A stretch of 64,000 bases of DNA from Gnetum montanum (Eukaryota > Plantae > Gnetophyta). Location: assembly GCA_015680685.1 (NCBI GenBank), contig MNCI01000596.1:150603-214602 (forward strand), in the 5' to 3' direction. Of the stretch, positions 63,266 through 64,000 are shown piece by piece (positions within the stretch are counted from its first letter, which is position 1; every line of letters starts with the position of its first letter). The position numbers and the translations under genes were made by a program. Below the pieces are notes generated by a model. It did no database searches and had not been told where the DNA came from. It saw only the letters and a program-made list of their open reading frames with translations.

Positions 63266-64000
63266 AAAGTATAACAAAATATCCAGCTATATCAATATAT
63301 TCTTAGTGTTACATTAAAATTATACATAATCCAAAACATATGCCTAAAAAAGAATAACTAATACATATTTAGAAAATATCATAATATGCCAAGAGATAAT
63401 TAGCTAATGGTGGAAAATAGACATGCATATAATGCAAATATTAGTAGCAAATATTAAGAGATCTTCTTGCTTCATTTAGCTCTGGTAACTTGAATATAAA
63501 AGAGAAGGTTATTATACATTAAGTGAAAAACCTTGGCACCTCTTCCCGTTGATTTAAGGGAAAGTCTTATGATGGCTAAGTGAAGTCATGCTAGCTTGCA
63601 ATACAGGTCAGTAAGCACAAATAATCCAAACATCATAGATCATACATCATATATAGATCTAAACATCAACAAAAATCTAACCAAATTGAATTATTCACTT
63701 TAATCCATCAACCTGCAAATAAGAAGGCTAGTACACACTATACTTAATTTCAAATGTGTGAATTATTGTCATAAGAACGTTTTTTTAAAAAAAATTCCAA
63801 ACCAAATACTAAACTACCATGTGTATGAATTTTATTTATTAGTCTCAAACCAAATTATAAGTGTTAGAGGCATCACCTAGGAATTATCTTTGATGTTCTA
63901 GAGGAATTCAACAAAGAATCGATGAGCCATGTATCACTCTTTCTTATAAGATGGGACCTACAACAACAATCATAGTGATGAATCCCAAGTACCAAATATT

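Overview
AT-rich, TE-dense land-plant nuclear DNA; long introns, old TEs and a PLS-E PPR relic suggest a large-genome vascular plant, but the species cannot be determined. One intact-looking protein-coding gene: a 12-exon, probably plastid-targeted homolog of cyanobacterial LdpA (two 4Fe-4S motifs), + strand, ATG 1473 to TAG 31611, about 433 aa, all introns GT-AG. Its fifth intron (3648-24110, ~20.5 kb) is filled by a Copia element (4230-23810) carrying two nested non-autonomous Gypsy elements (CRM-like 4728-9771; Athila-like 11528-21221), the latter containing an LTR-like fragment that recurs as a solo LTR at 32431-34746. Downstream lie a PLS-E PPR pseudogene (~35.5-37.4 kb), an RTEX-like LINE (-), a truncated Copia, a CRM-like Gypsy fragment (-), an L1 fragment and a full-length 13 kb Athila-like element (50205-63265, -, TSD AAAGT) with a degenerate env-like ORF. 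Main oddities: a ~58 bp flanking duplication instead of a 5 bp TSD around the intronic Copia; a nested element whose LTRs are more diverged than its host's; a CRM-like element with RT/RH/INT core replaced by unrelated sequence; an apparently spliced env-like ORF with a coiled-coil tail; and an RTE-like LINE 3' remnant in intron 9. No RNA genes or CRISPR arrays were seen. Identities are hand counts and family assignments come from remembered motifs, not database searches.
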